64,000 bases of DNA from Vicugna vicugna (taxonomy: Eukaryota). The notes beneath the pieces are model-generated. The model had not been told where the DNA came from and ran no database searches. It worked only from the letters and a program-made list of their open reading frames with translations. The position numbers and the translations under genes were made by a program. Positions 38,244 to 50,169 of the stretch are shown in pieces (position 1 is the stretch's first letter; each line of letters opens with the position of its first letter). The stretch covers positions 558,001 through 622,000 of the forward strand of contig MU057744.1 of the NCBI GenBank assembly GCA_013265495.1, read 5' to 3'.

Positions 38244-39221
38244 CTACATTAAAAACAAAGTTAAATCAGTCACTTCAGCGTGGACTAAGTCTTTTTAAAA
38301 GTATGAATGTATAATACTGGGGAATTCTTGAACAGGTTTCTCGGTCAGTATCAGACAGCTGGTGACGGGGAGAGAGAGGAGGGCTGATTCTGTTGTCTCT
38401 TGGTCCAAGGTGCAGGCAGCACAAAGCCCCCAAGGAGGGGAGCGGAACCAAGATGCCGGTGACCCTACATCAGGCCACAGGAAGCCTGCGACCCGACTTT
38501 GCTGCAAGTTTTCTTGGTCTCCTGACTTCTGCATATTCGCCTTCTTGGTTTAAGATGCAACTCTACCCGCCTCCCTGATTTTATCACGAAGTCTCCCCTC
38601 TCGGAGTCCTAAACTCTCACGTCCTCTATGAGGGCTTCAAAAACTAAACAGGAAAAGAAAATCACTTCTTCAGGCTTTGCCCTGATGTGGCTCTGAAATG
38701 CCAATGCTTCTTTGCATTTTGTTTTTTCAGCCTAAGTCATTACAGAACTGTTGATTAGTCTCCTGCTTTTCTTCCTGGTACAGGAATCCTTACAGAAGGC
38801 AGAGCAGGAAAAGGTAAAGCAATGCTTTCTCCTAAGAGACCCACACGATGGGGAGTGTAGTTGAAACTGCAGAGTGACAAGCTCTACCCCCTTTTTACAA
38901 ATATTTTAACTCTATACTAAGAAAATTAAGGTAACTTACAGAGACAAAGTTTGTAAATAAGACAAAGGACTCAGAATAAGCTCAGTGGTTAGCTCTTAGT
39001 GAGAAATTCTATTTTGTTATATTTATTTAAAAACTTTCCCTAAGGCTTTCTGTTTCATATTTAACGTATAAATTTAACTATTTTAATAGGAATATTTTTA
39101 ATAAAAAAAGATGTAAGCTAACTTTTTAAAACTGAGGTATAACTGACATCCATTATCGTGAGGTAACTTCTGTTGCTGTACTGGCATCTCTTTCTTGAAC
39201 CAAGTGGCTGTAACTGAAACA

Positions 39222-39240
39222 GTACTGCCACCTGGTGGCT
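39222..39240 (-). promoter_or_regulatory. Candidate CTCF binding site (intron 14)
   Basis: Minus strand AGCCACCAGGTGGCAGTAC closely matches the CTCF core consensus CCACCAG(G/A)(G/T)GGC(A/G). Motif only, no binding data. Confidence 0.5.
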
Positions 39241-39809
39241 TTCTGACTTCATAGTTTTTAAGGGTAAAGAAAACATTGCAAGATGAGTTCAACAAATACT
39301 AAAATAATTCATGATCCACGATGTGCCATGTAGTCCTACCAGATTTGTGTGCTGTTCATTAAATAAAAAATAATAGAAACTACTAGTAAGTTATTTTTCA
39401 GTGTCATTTTGTATTATTAAAAGTGACCTCTTAAAATGTACCACTTGTAGAAATTATTCTACTAGGTCAGAGAGTGATAAAGACCGTGCCAAATTTAAAT
39501 CAACAGCATAATGCATTCATCCTTGGTCACCTGCTCATTGTCTATTAAAAGATAAATCATTAACTTGTACCAAATGGCAAAAAATTCCTTCAAAGTGGTG
39601 TGGAAGCAGGTGGGTGGGTTTGAAAAGCGAGTGCTCTGGAACCAAGGGCCAATGCTCACGTCAGAACTGGCCCTGGGGACACTCAGACGCTCCTGAGAAC
39701 GCCCAACGATTAGGTCATGACTCCTGTGTCTCGTTGGCTGGCATGATTTGCCGAAGCTCGGGGATGGCAGCACCCAGGGTTGGAACGTGGGCTCCATCCC
39801 GGGCGGGAC

Positions 39810-39985
39810 TCTAGGTGGGTCTCAGCCGTCCTCCTCCTTACTGTGGGTGTGACTTCGGGTCAGTCACCGTCCCCAGTCTGGGTGTCAGCTGCGTCTCGTG
39901 TAAAGTACACCTGCTGCCCAGAACGGCTGGGAGGGCGATGTGAGGTCATCTGGGTTGAGTGCTCACCGCGCTGCCAAGAGCTCAA
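39810..39985 (+). mobile_element. MIR relic, GC-shifted
   Basis: TGTGACTTCGGGTCAGTCAC...TCAGCTGCGTCTCGTGTAAAGT corresponds to the MIR core. Confidence 0.45.
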
Positions 39986-41587
39986 GAAACGAGGGTGCGT
40001 CGGGGAGAAGGCTGTCCACTTGCAGCCGCAGCCCAAGCCCAGCTGCTCTAACTCGGGTTCTGGGACGAACTCCCGGGTCTGGCTGCAGCTGCCACATAGG
40101 CTCAGGTGGTTGTGAAGACGGAACTTCTCAGAAAATACTTTATTCGGAAAGTGGAAATCAAGCTTCAATGATATATTTTCATGTATCTTTTTAGATGAAG
40201 AAATCGAAAGTGAAGCCTTGATTCTATTTCCTGTGGGACACAGTGTGGCCTGGCTGCCCTGAAGCCATCCCCCAGCCGGACAGCGGCAAGTGCGCCTCCG
40301 GCAGCCCCTCCCCTGCGGCAATGCCGGCCTGCCTTGCCCTGGTTCCCCAGGCCCTCTCCTCCGCCCACCCGGCTAGGCCCCACCTCCTCCCGCAGGCCTC
40401 AGCTTAATCTGCGCCTGGATAGGTCTTCCCTGATGTGTCTCTCTTAAGTAGCCTCAAACCTGATAGCCCCTGTCTCGGGACCGTTTGCTACCTTCATGGA
40501 ACTTGTCACAATTTGTATCCACTCATTTCACTGTGTATCCTCGGCATCTGCTTCCTCACGGGGCTGGGAGTTTGGTTACCACGCCCCCCGGCCTAACACA
40601 GCCTGAGCTTGGCGCACAGTAATTCCTCAATAAGTATTTGATGAACAAACAAATGAAAAACAGGTCCCTTTGTGCGAAGGGCACATGCTATCTCCATGGC
40701 CTAACCCACCTGGAGAGGTTTCTGAGAGAGCCGGAGGGTTATGCGAAGCCCCTGGCAGAAAGCCTGCAGCATGACGGGTATGCAGTATTTTACCGTCTGT
40801 CTGGTGAAATCTGGGCTCCTCGTCTTGGATCAGAGCCTGCTGGCACGTAGCTGCACTGAGTCCGTTCACTCCTTCTCGTGACTCAGCTCAGACTGGTCGC
40901 TCCAGCCAGCCTGCTCCTTGCTACACTAGTTTCCAATTCGGCAGCCCTCGGACGTCATTTTGTTCGGTGAAATACTTCCCACCTCTTACAAATCCAGGAC
41001 ACCTTATAGCTCAGGGTTAAATTTCACATGAAGACATTCCACAAAATGTTTCTTATGAACCTGACCCACAGTTCCCCTAGTTTGTGAAAATCATATAGTA
41101 GAATACCCAAACCTGTCACCTGGTATATTCTGAGAGCTCTGTCTTAATCTTATAACCTGTCATATTGGCTTATATTTTTCTCTAGTCATCCTAATTTCTT
41201 TTGAAACCCTATGATTTAATTTAGGTATTAGCTTTATTAGCCACCTAATTTAAATAATTCCTTGAGGATTCCCTTTATAATATGTAGGCCTGATGGACTA
41301 AATTATAGGTTCAGTTCCCTGATGGAATACACATTCTGCATAAACGTCTACATGTTCAGATTTCCTCTAAACCCAAACATTAATTTTCAACAATTATTTC
41401 TATGGGAAATGGATTTTGTATGAAAGCAGTATATAGGAAAAAATATCTAACTTTGGCAAAGATTCCTACATTATTATACAGTGAATTTTATCTATAGTTT
41501 TCTGTAATCTTCTTCAGAAACTACAATAATAATTAAACTTAAAATTGTCACTAAAGTTAGTAAGCATTTACCAAAAGTGTGTCCTAC

Positions 41588-41761
41588 CTCTGTCCCGAGA
41601 CCCACGTGGAGATTTTCCCATGGATGTTCTTTTTTCCCTGGGGCTGCTGTAAGTAGGTGAGTACTAAATGCTGCCACTTGCTTGGGAGGAAAATATTCTC
41701 CTGTGATTCAACCTGCGCTAGTAAAACAGCTTTCGCATCATCATTTGAATCCATGCACACA
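41588..41761 (-). CDS. LYST: LYST exon 14 (174 nt)
   Basis: gtgtag|T...[44 protein letters not shown]...WVSGQ(R). Confidence 0.95.
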
Positions 41762-42740
41762 CTACACAAAAAAAGAAAAGGTACAGGCTGAAAGCATGAA
41801 ATTTCTGATCTCAGTATTTAACATGCATAACAAATGTAATGTTAGAAATTTAAGTGAAATTAAAAAGCAGTTCTGTTTTTAAACCAACTTGAAAAGTCAG
41901 CAGGTCTTTGTTTTACACCATAATTTCTTTAGCTATTTCATTACACTGTTACTTTCCCTCATGAACTAAAAAATAGATTTGGCTCATTTGCTGGTGTTAA
42001 CAATTTGGGCAATAATTTTCAGAACTCAATTTGCAAAAAAAATTTTCTTCTTATTACATATATAGTCATTGCCCTTTTAGAAATTACAGTTTAATATCTG
42101 GTTCATACAAAAATTAATATATATTATACATAAGTGTCTAGATGCTATGATATATTGTTGCTCTAACCTACTTTGAGGGATTATGGAGAGAATTAAGATA
42201 TAATTTACATAAAGCACTCTGTAACTTTTACAGAGCATAGATCCCCAAGTAATATATTTATTTATTTAAAATTTTATGAAAACAGTATCGTACTATTTAT
42301 ACCAATACAAATGGAAGATTGTATCTATACTGGTTAACAAAGGAGATGGTGAAAAAAGACAAGATAGCAAGGAGAATCTAAGCTTATTAGATAATGACTA
42401 TTAAATATATAATCTGCATGAAAAAGTGATCTGATACCAACAACATTGTAAGACCATCCTATCAGATAATATCTAATAGGATATTTCCATAGATAAGAGG
42501 TCCGTAAATATTTAATCTAAAATGCAGTTGAAAATTAACATAATCTATTTTAGAGTCTAAGCATAGATTTTTAGATAGAATAATATATTGTTACAAAGAT
42601 TATATGAACAGCTGTATCTCTTTTAACAGGAATTTTCTTTCAGCTCTAATGATCTTTATTATGCGATGTCACTGTTATGTCTCTTACATAAATTATTTAA
42701 ATACATGACCTATTTGTGGGGAGTGGAGGAGAATCATTAC

Positions 42741-42885
42741 CGAAAGATAAAAGAGCCACTGGGGGGATCAGCCCACACTTGGATCATCAGCGCTTTGGAT
42801 CCCAGTGAAATCAGATGAACACAGCCATCTTCTAGGAGTCTTTCCCCAGGATTCGTGCACTCTGCACCTTCCGGTCTGTTGTCCT
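42741..42885 (-). CDS. LYST: LYST exon 13 (145 nt)
   Basis: tcatag|AG...CG|GTAATG; (E)[21 protein letters not shown]...SFIF(R). Confidence 0.94.
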
Positions 42886-44023
42886 CTATGACAAAGGATG
42901 TTAGAATGGTCAGTGAAGCAGCTGATAAAAACTGAGTGCAAAAGTGACTTTAAAAGAATATAAGGCACAGTTGTTCATGTAGTAAACTATTTACCTGGAA
43001 TGTCTGAACCTGACCTGGTCCAAGCAACATTTCCAAAGTTTAGATGTTAACTCCAAAAAAAAAGCACGAGGAGTGAAAACAGTAACTGATTGCATTAAAA
43101 ATTAAAGTGTTTTAAAATGTATGATAGCTGAAGGCTAGCTGCGGGAATGAACTGACTGCGGTGATGTCACTGCAGGGACCTGTTACCATCTGTGCCATGA
43201 TTCTTTGATTAGACGGGGCCACTGTGACATCACGGACCCTGGCCCAGAGAGCGCACCCTCGTCACATGCCTTGTGCTACCAAAAATCTCTGTAATTATGA
43301 TAGCATGAGTTTAAAAATTGATCATACTAAAATTCCTTTTAGAAGAATTGTGGTTTGAATATATTCTTTGTTTAGACTCCCTGAGGAGTGGTCTCTGAAT
43401 ATAACTGCTAAGTAGTTCTGAAACCAGCATGTTTCTCTAAGGTAAACGCTCTAGCTTTGGGCCATCTGGCTATTGATCCTGACTCCCCTTTCTCACCACT
43501 TAAAACCCAGCACTGCCTGAATACTCACCTCTGCCTACTCCTGTGATTCATGGCCTCAGGTAAAGCTACCTTATTTAAGATGTACCAAAATGTAAAACGC
43601 GGGTCCAAGCGTACAGACTTGTAGAGAAGGTAATCGCTATCCATTATCAGACTGCATGTATATAGATCGCCATTTTTCAACAGGTATAACCGCCACCAAT
43701 TTTTAAGAACACCACCCCCTGGCAATAGTCTTTTAAAAGAAGAGTTAAATTCATTGATTACTTTGAGGACTAAGATATAAGATATAAGATATACAGAGAA
43801 CTCATATCTGATGTGATATTAAAAAGTGTTTCCTAGTGAATAAATGAGAACAAACTTAAGCATATGATGGATTAATCCTAAATAAAGTTCTTAAATCACA
43901 AAAAAAATTAAAAAAATAAAAAATAAAAAATGTTTCCATATCCTGAGCTTGTACTAATAAAAGGCTAGAACAAAACCCAGTGCGTACCCAGGAACTCAGA
44001 GTAGTAATATTATAAATATTTCT

Positions 44024-44145
44024 CTTTTTTTAGGTTTATTTATTTATTTAAAAAAATTATTTACTTTAATGGAGGTCTTGGGGATTAAACCCAGCACCTT
44101 GTGCATGCTAAGCATGTGCTCTACCACTGAGCTATATCTTCCCCC
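44024..44145 (-). mobile_element. tRNA-Ala-like SINE (Vic-1-like)
   Basis: GCATGCTAAGCATGTGCTCTACCACTGAGCTATA on the plus strand, with (TTTA)n tail. Confidence 0.86.
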
Positions 44146-44701
44146 TATATATTTCTTAAGTTAGTGCTCGCGACAATCTTGAGAGGTAAACATTATATAT
44201 CCTCATTCCGAGGGTGACAGAATTGAGGTGCTGAGGTTAATAACTTGCTCATTGGCCCACAGCTGGTTTAGTGGCAAAGGATGTGTTATCACTGTAATAT
44301 TTTCTTCATCTCGCTCTTCAAAAATTTCTGTATGTAGACTACTTTTAAATGTTCTTTTCAAATGTCGATACAAAATCATCTTTCTGAAATACACATTTTT
44401 TAATATACCTTTACAATAAGAAATATTTTAAATGTTCCCAATACTTTTCTCAGGTCATTGTGTATGTTTATTCATTTTATAAGAAATGCTTTATATCATC
44501 ACTGTTTCCACTTAAAACATGAGAGAGAGATCTGCAGTGTATGGTGTGGTGGTGACATTTAAACTCTGGAGTTAAATACAGGTGGGTTTAAATCCCTTTC
44601 CATTACTTACCAGAGACATAAACTGGTCTAACATCTGCAAATACGGACAGTATGAGCACTCACTTGACTGAACTGCTGTGAAGATTAAAAATATATATAG
44701 A

Positions 44702-44796
44702 GGGGGAGGGTAGAGCTCAGTGGTAGCGCACGTGCTTAGCATGCATGAGGTCCTGGGTTCAATTCCCAGTCCCTCCATTAAAGAAAAAAATAAAAA
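44702..44796 (+). mobile_element. tRNA-Ala-like SINE (Vic-1-like)
   Basis: AGCTCAGTGGTAG...CTTAGCATG...GGTTCAATTCCC plus A tail. Confidence 0.86.
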
Positions 44797-45850
44797 GTAC
44801 AGAGAAAGACCTGAGCAAAGTGACGCAACACAGAAAGCATATCGTTCAGAGCTGTCAGTTCTTAGGTGGCAAAATTCAATTTAAAAAAAATGTTGTAACC
44901 ACCTGACACGTTACAAGTTATCTGCTAAAGTTTTTGAAAATGTTTGGCTTCCTAGGCTAACCCGTCAAAGTACGTAAGCAAACCATGCTGGTAACTTGGG
45001 AACATGTCTGGGGAACGCAGAAGCAGAGCTCCAGCTGTGGCTATCAGGTGGCATTTCCCAGCCTTCGCTCTTGACTGCCACTAAGGTCTTCCTCTCCAGC
45101 TCTAGGTCGGTGGTGGAGGACCTCCCCTGGGAGCCAGACACTAGCGAAGGCCCCATGTCCTGAGAGGAGCTCAGTGGGTGTGCAAGCTTTGTGGGATGAA
45201 GAGCCATTGAGGCCAGCACCTCCTATAATCACAACCCCCTAAACATCTGCCGTGTCCAGCCATTTGCTCATCCCATGGATCCTAAGAGTTGGCCTACCCA
45301 CTTCACTTCCCACCACCAGAAACTGCCTTTAGCCAGCACGTTCACTGTGCACAGCAGGTTCACAGCAGCATGGTGGTGATTCCATCCACCGTAGCAAGGA
45401 CTGGACTGAAACTTATCCTAACTCTGGAGGATGGCTGATGCGTATAAACCTGTGACAGGAAGGTGAGGGGCACAGAGGTGACACACAGCATGAGGAGGAG
45501 AGCCTGAGCTACAGACGGAGAGATGAAAGGCGGGGACTGCCAGGGGCTGGCCGCCAGGCAGCAGAGGACAGACAAGCGGCTGTAGGGTTTTATCCTTTCC
45601 TTTTCAAACATCAGGAGCCACCTTAACCCAGTGGTGGGACCAGGAAAGAGGGAGGAGGTGGGGCTGGTGGTCACCCTCACCTGCACCCCTACACAAGGCA
45701 AGAGTGCAGGAGAAAAGGGACTTTTCAAGGCTGTCTGCCGTTACTAAGGCTTCCCGTGAGAAACGCGTGGAGCGTAAGAGCATCGCATCTCAGTGCTCAA
45801 CCAAAGCTGCCGTCGGCAAGTCCTAGCGCAGTGCACGACGCCGTCCATAC

Positions 45851-46277
45851 CTGTTCCCTCCACACTGCTGCTGCGTAGCATTAAGGATCTGTTTCTTTTC
45901 TTTGTCTTCTTCCCTTTCTCTGCAGTGCTCACTGCTTCATGGAGACACTCCACATTAAACCACAGTGAGACGCTGAAGCCTTCCGCCAGGTGCGGCCAGC
46001 AGTTCTGCCCCAGCAGCGGCAGGTGGATGGGGGCGACGTGCCAGGAGGAAAGCAGCTGCTGGGGAAAGCCCTCCCTGCCGGCCTCTCTCCTGCGCCGTGA
46101 AATGCGTGCCCTTCTCAACAGCCCCATGGCCTTACTGCTGAGAACCCCAGCACACTTCTGTGATGAAACACCGTTGCTTAAATTCGGAGTATGCAGTAAA
46201 GGGAAGGTCAGGTACTGCAAAGGACTCATAGTAACGTCACTTTCAACAATTTTCAGAATGCCCAGAAGGAGAATTTC
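45851..46277 (-). CDS. LYST: LYST exon 12 (427 nt)
   Basis: gtctag|GAA...[36 protein letters not shown]...[11 protein letters not shown]...SSVEGT. Confidence 0.95.
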
Positions 46278-47633
46278 CTAGACAAAAAGAAAACCAAACA
46301 AAACTTTACAACCATCTTACAAAGTACATAATAATCTTGAAAGCCAGGTCATAAGTGAAAATACAAACACACATAGACATATCAGCCCGTTTAAATACCA
46401 CCCCGTCTACCACATCACTGACATGTTCTTTTTGTGTGTGTAGTTAAGATAAAATATGAAAAAGAGATTTCAGTCTGAAAATATATACTCTCTTGTGGTT
46501 AACTGGTTTTAGATTTAGATGCTTTTATGGCATAAACCTGAAAGTTACAAGTTGGTTTTAAGTAGGAGAAATCAAACACAGTTACACCACGGATCATCTC
46601 CACCAAAGAAAGACATTTACTTCCGAGTAGGCTACAGTCACTTCTCTGGTCTGTTTTTAAACAAGGGCTGGAACCAGAGACCCTGCAGATCCCCCAGACT
46701 TCTGAGTGGTATTTATACCGTGACTGTCTTCATAAAACAGAGCGCTCAGTTACTTTCCAGCTTATTTTACATAACTTTTCCCTAATCAAATGAATTTTCT
46801 TTCATCTCTGTTTGGTAAACTAAAATAAGATTTTTAGGTTTTATTTATGATTACAAGTTTTTGGTGAAACTGAAATGTAGAATGTCAAAAGGAGATGAAG
46901 AAACAATCCTTTAATTAAAGGGAAAAGCAATGACTGAGGAGATTAACCTAGTACAATGCCCTACCCCGGCCTAAAATGACGTCTAATGCTGATTATTACA
47001 ATGAGAGAAGAACTCAGAAAAACAGGACAGAAACACTCCATAAATTACAGTCGCCCTCAACCGTCTGTCCTGGAGGTCTGGCCCTCCTGCCGCACAGGCT
47101 CCCTCAGGTCCGCAAGGCTGCAGAGAGGGTGGAACGGGCGGGGCTCAGGAACGCCCAACTCTGCTTTGAAGCAAGGTGCGCCCAGGTTTCCTGTTTTATT
47201 TGCTTATGATTCTAGTCAAGATTTCATTATAAATGGGGTTCTCAGCGAAGAATGCTCAGTCATTAAGTTACACAATGGAGAAGTGATAAAAGATGAGTGA
47301 AGAGTGGTTCATTTTCTAAAAAGAATGGCCAATCCTCAAAATGGTTATAATTAAGTTACCATTAGTAACTAAAATTTAGCATTTCTTAAGCACAAAGACT
47401 TGGGGTGGGAAGGGGTAAAGGGACTACGACCCTAACAACACGGCTAGTTAGCCAGAACAGTAGTGAAATGATTAAAACACGTGCAAATGATAAAATAATT
47501 GAGAACTTCACACACAACAACGTGGACTTGATCGTACAATAATCACATTAAAAGAGGGAGCTTAGTGGTTTCTAAATAATGAAAAAACATTCTATTAAGT
47601 ATCAGTGAAAACGTTTAAGTATTGCATATTTAC

Positions 47634-47743
47634 TGTACAAGGAGATTTCTCCAGAAATACTCTCAAGAGAAGGATTAGCTCTTCTGAACAAGTTCTTGAG
47701 CTCATCAAAGATATCAAAAGATCCACCAATACTCTCTGGCATG
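47634..47743 (-). CDS. LYST: LYST exon 11 (110 nt)
   Basis: atttag|CA...ACA|GTAAAT; (A)[36 protein letters not shown]. Confidence 0.94.
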
Positions 47744-48030
47744 CTAAATTAGAGAAAGAGAGAGAGGAAAAAATTTAAAGCCAATACACAGTAATTAAAG
47801 GGACCGAATAAACAATTTCGCTGAAAGACATCAAATACTACTGTCACATCTTAAATGGATTATAAATAATCTAATAACCCAAAAATTTGCTAAAGAAATA
47901 GCAATATGATTAAATGCAGACCAAGTAATCAACTAACAAAAAACAACAACATTATTTTCTTTAACACTGGTTAGCTCCAAGTAAAATAAACATATTATTT
48001 AAGGAAATGTACATTAATACAGTATTTCTT

Positions 48031-48176
48031 CTTTTTTAAATTTATTTTTTATTTTTTTCTTTCTGGGGGGAGATAATTAGGTTTTGTTTATTTTTTCATG
48101 GAGGTCCTGGATATTGAACCCAGGACCTTGTGCACGCTAAGGCGGCACTCTACCACAGAGCTACACCCTTCCCCCT
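48031..48176 (-). mobile_element. tRNA-Ala-like SINE (Vic-1-like)
   Basis: 19-bp TSD CATTAATACAGT(A/G)TTTCTT at 48012-48030 and 48177-48195. Confidence 0.88.
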
Positions 48177-50169
48177 CATTAATACAGTGTTTCTTAAATA
48201 AGTTGACACTATTAGGTACCATGAAATAGTCTGCTATTCCTCATCTTGAAAATGTTTAATTTATGACTATAACTTTCTGAATACAAAATTAGATGACATA
48301 AATAAAAGTAGATATATTAAAGATTATGAAAACATTTAAATATCACAAACTGTTAGTTTGAACGCTTTCTGTATTCTTTCAGGGGTTTAGCATGAAATAT
48401 AACTGGTAGCACACAATTTATAAAAATGTTTAGAGTAAAATAATAACTAATACTTGTAGCATACATTACAGGGATCAAAGTACATTTACATGCATTATCT
48501 CAGCTGACCCTAATAAAAAAATCCTACAGATTATGTATTATCTGCATTTTGGACATGACACAAATTTCCTGATGTGAAACCAGAGAACAGAGGTTGTGTT
48601 TAAGCAACATTTGCTGCAGAAGTGGAGGAAATGATGCAGCAGTGTAACAGCACATATGCCTGGAAAGACACCTGCCATGAGACCACAGCATAGCATGCCC
48701 TTTATCCTGTAAGTTACAGGAATCTGCTCAAGGTTTAGAGTAAGAAGGCATATGATCAACATAAAGTGTATGTGCTTGGATTTTTTTTTTTTTTTCAGTT
48801 CAAAACTGACAGGTTCCAGTTCAAAATGTGGGAACAGAAATATACATACACACTCACACACACACATATATATTTGCCTCTGTCTACTACGGAAAAGTCA
48901 CTGAACTAAAGGAACAGAACTACAGAAAGAAAGAAACCTGTAACAGGGGAAGAAAAGTAGGGGAGGCAGGAGACACAGGGAGCACGCCAAGTGAGAGATG
49001 TAAAGATATTTCCTGAAGATGGAAGAAGAGATGGATAAAAGAAAAGGCCGCAGCCTGGAATCCCTGTGAATTACAAAGGGGCTCAGAGGAACGGACAGCA
49101 GTCTGCCCAGAGTGTGGAGAGGCGGTAAGAAGGGAGCTGCAGACACAGGACCGATAAAAGGTCTGTCTGTGAACACCTCCCTCTCTCCTGGATTCTGAGC
49201 AGAGAGCAGAGAGCAGAGAGAGCTCACCTCTTCCTTTATGCCCCAAACCTCTTCTCTAAAGAAACTGAATGGATGGCCAGGCAAAAGCTGAGATGTGCGG
49301 TGGGATGTTAGCACCAGGGCTACCAGGCATGGCTGGAAAGGCTGCAGACGGGCCAAGCCGCCTAACCAGGGGGAAAGGCGGGAACAGAATTCAAACCTGA
49401 ACGCCACTCACCAGGCCCTGCATCCAGGCATCGCGCTGTGCTGCCTGGATAAGGGGGTGCCTTCCGAGCACGAAGACGCTCTTCACTAGCCAAGCCCTAT
49501 GTGTGGAGGGTGGATTTTTCTAACATACACAAAATGCCACATGGGTAACAGTGGCCCTGAAGTCCCCCAGAAAGTAAAGCTCTCTTCGTTATGGTACTTG
49601 GGGAGCCCCTGTCACCCACTGGCACACCCACACAGAGCTTCCCAGCAGAATGCAGGTCAAAAAGAAAGACAGGTTGACTTTTAAAAACATTTGGGGAAGC
49701 CTCCAACAGCTTTCTTAAATAGAAATGGGCAAAAAAAGATTCACAAAATTCTCAAGAATCAGCAATACAGAAGAGAGAAAATCAAAGATATAAAAAAAAA
49801 CAGATTGATAAACTGAATGCAGAAGAAATGAGATAATTCAGGGGAGGGAAGAACCCTGTGAAACGCCCACTCCTATGCCCAGACACATGCACACGTACAC
49901 GTACACACGACGGATTCCACCCTCCCGTGAAAGTGGGACAACCGGAAAGCAACCGAACAAGAAGGGGCTCTTAAAGACCAAAAGGCAATTGCCAACCTTA
50001 GAAAATAAATAAAAGGTTGGAAGAGAACTGAAGAGATCTCCCAGAACACAGCACAGAAGAGCACAGACAATGTGAGGAGCGAGGAGACATACACAAAGTC
50101 AGTTCAAGAAGGCCCAGGATTATAATTAGATGTAAGAAAACGGGAGCAGAGAACACGAAGAGGAGAAAA

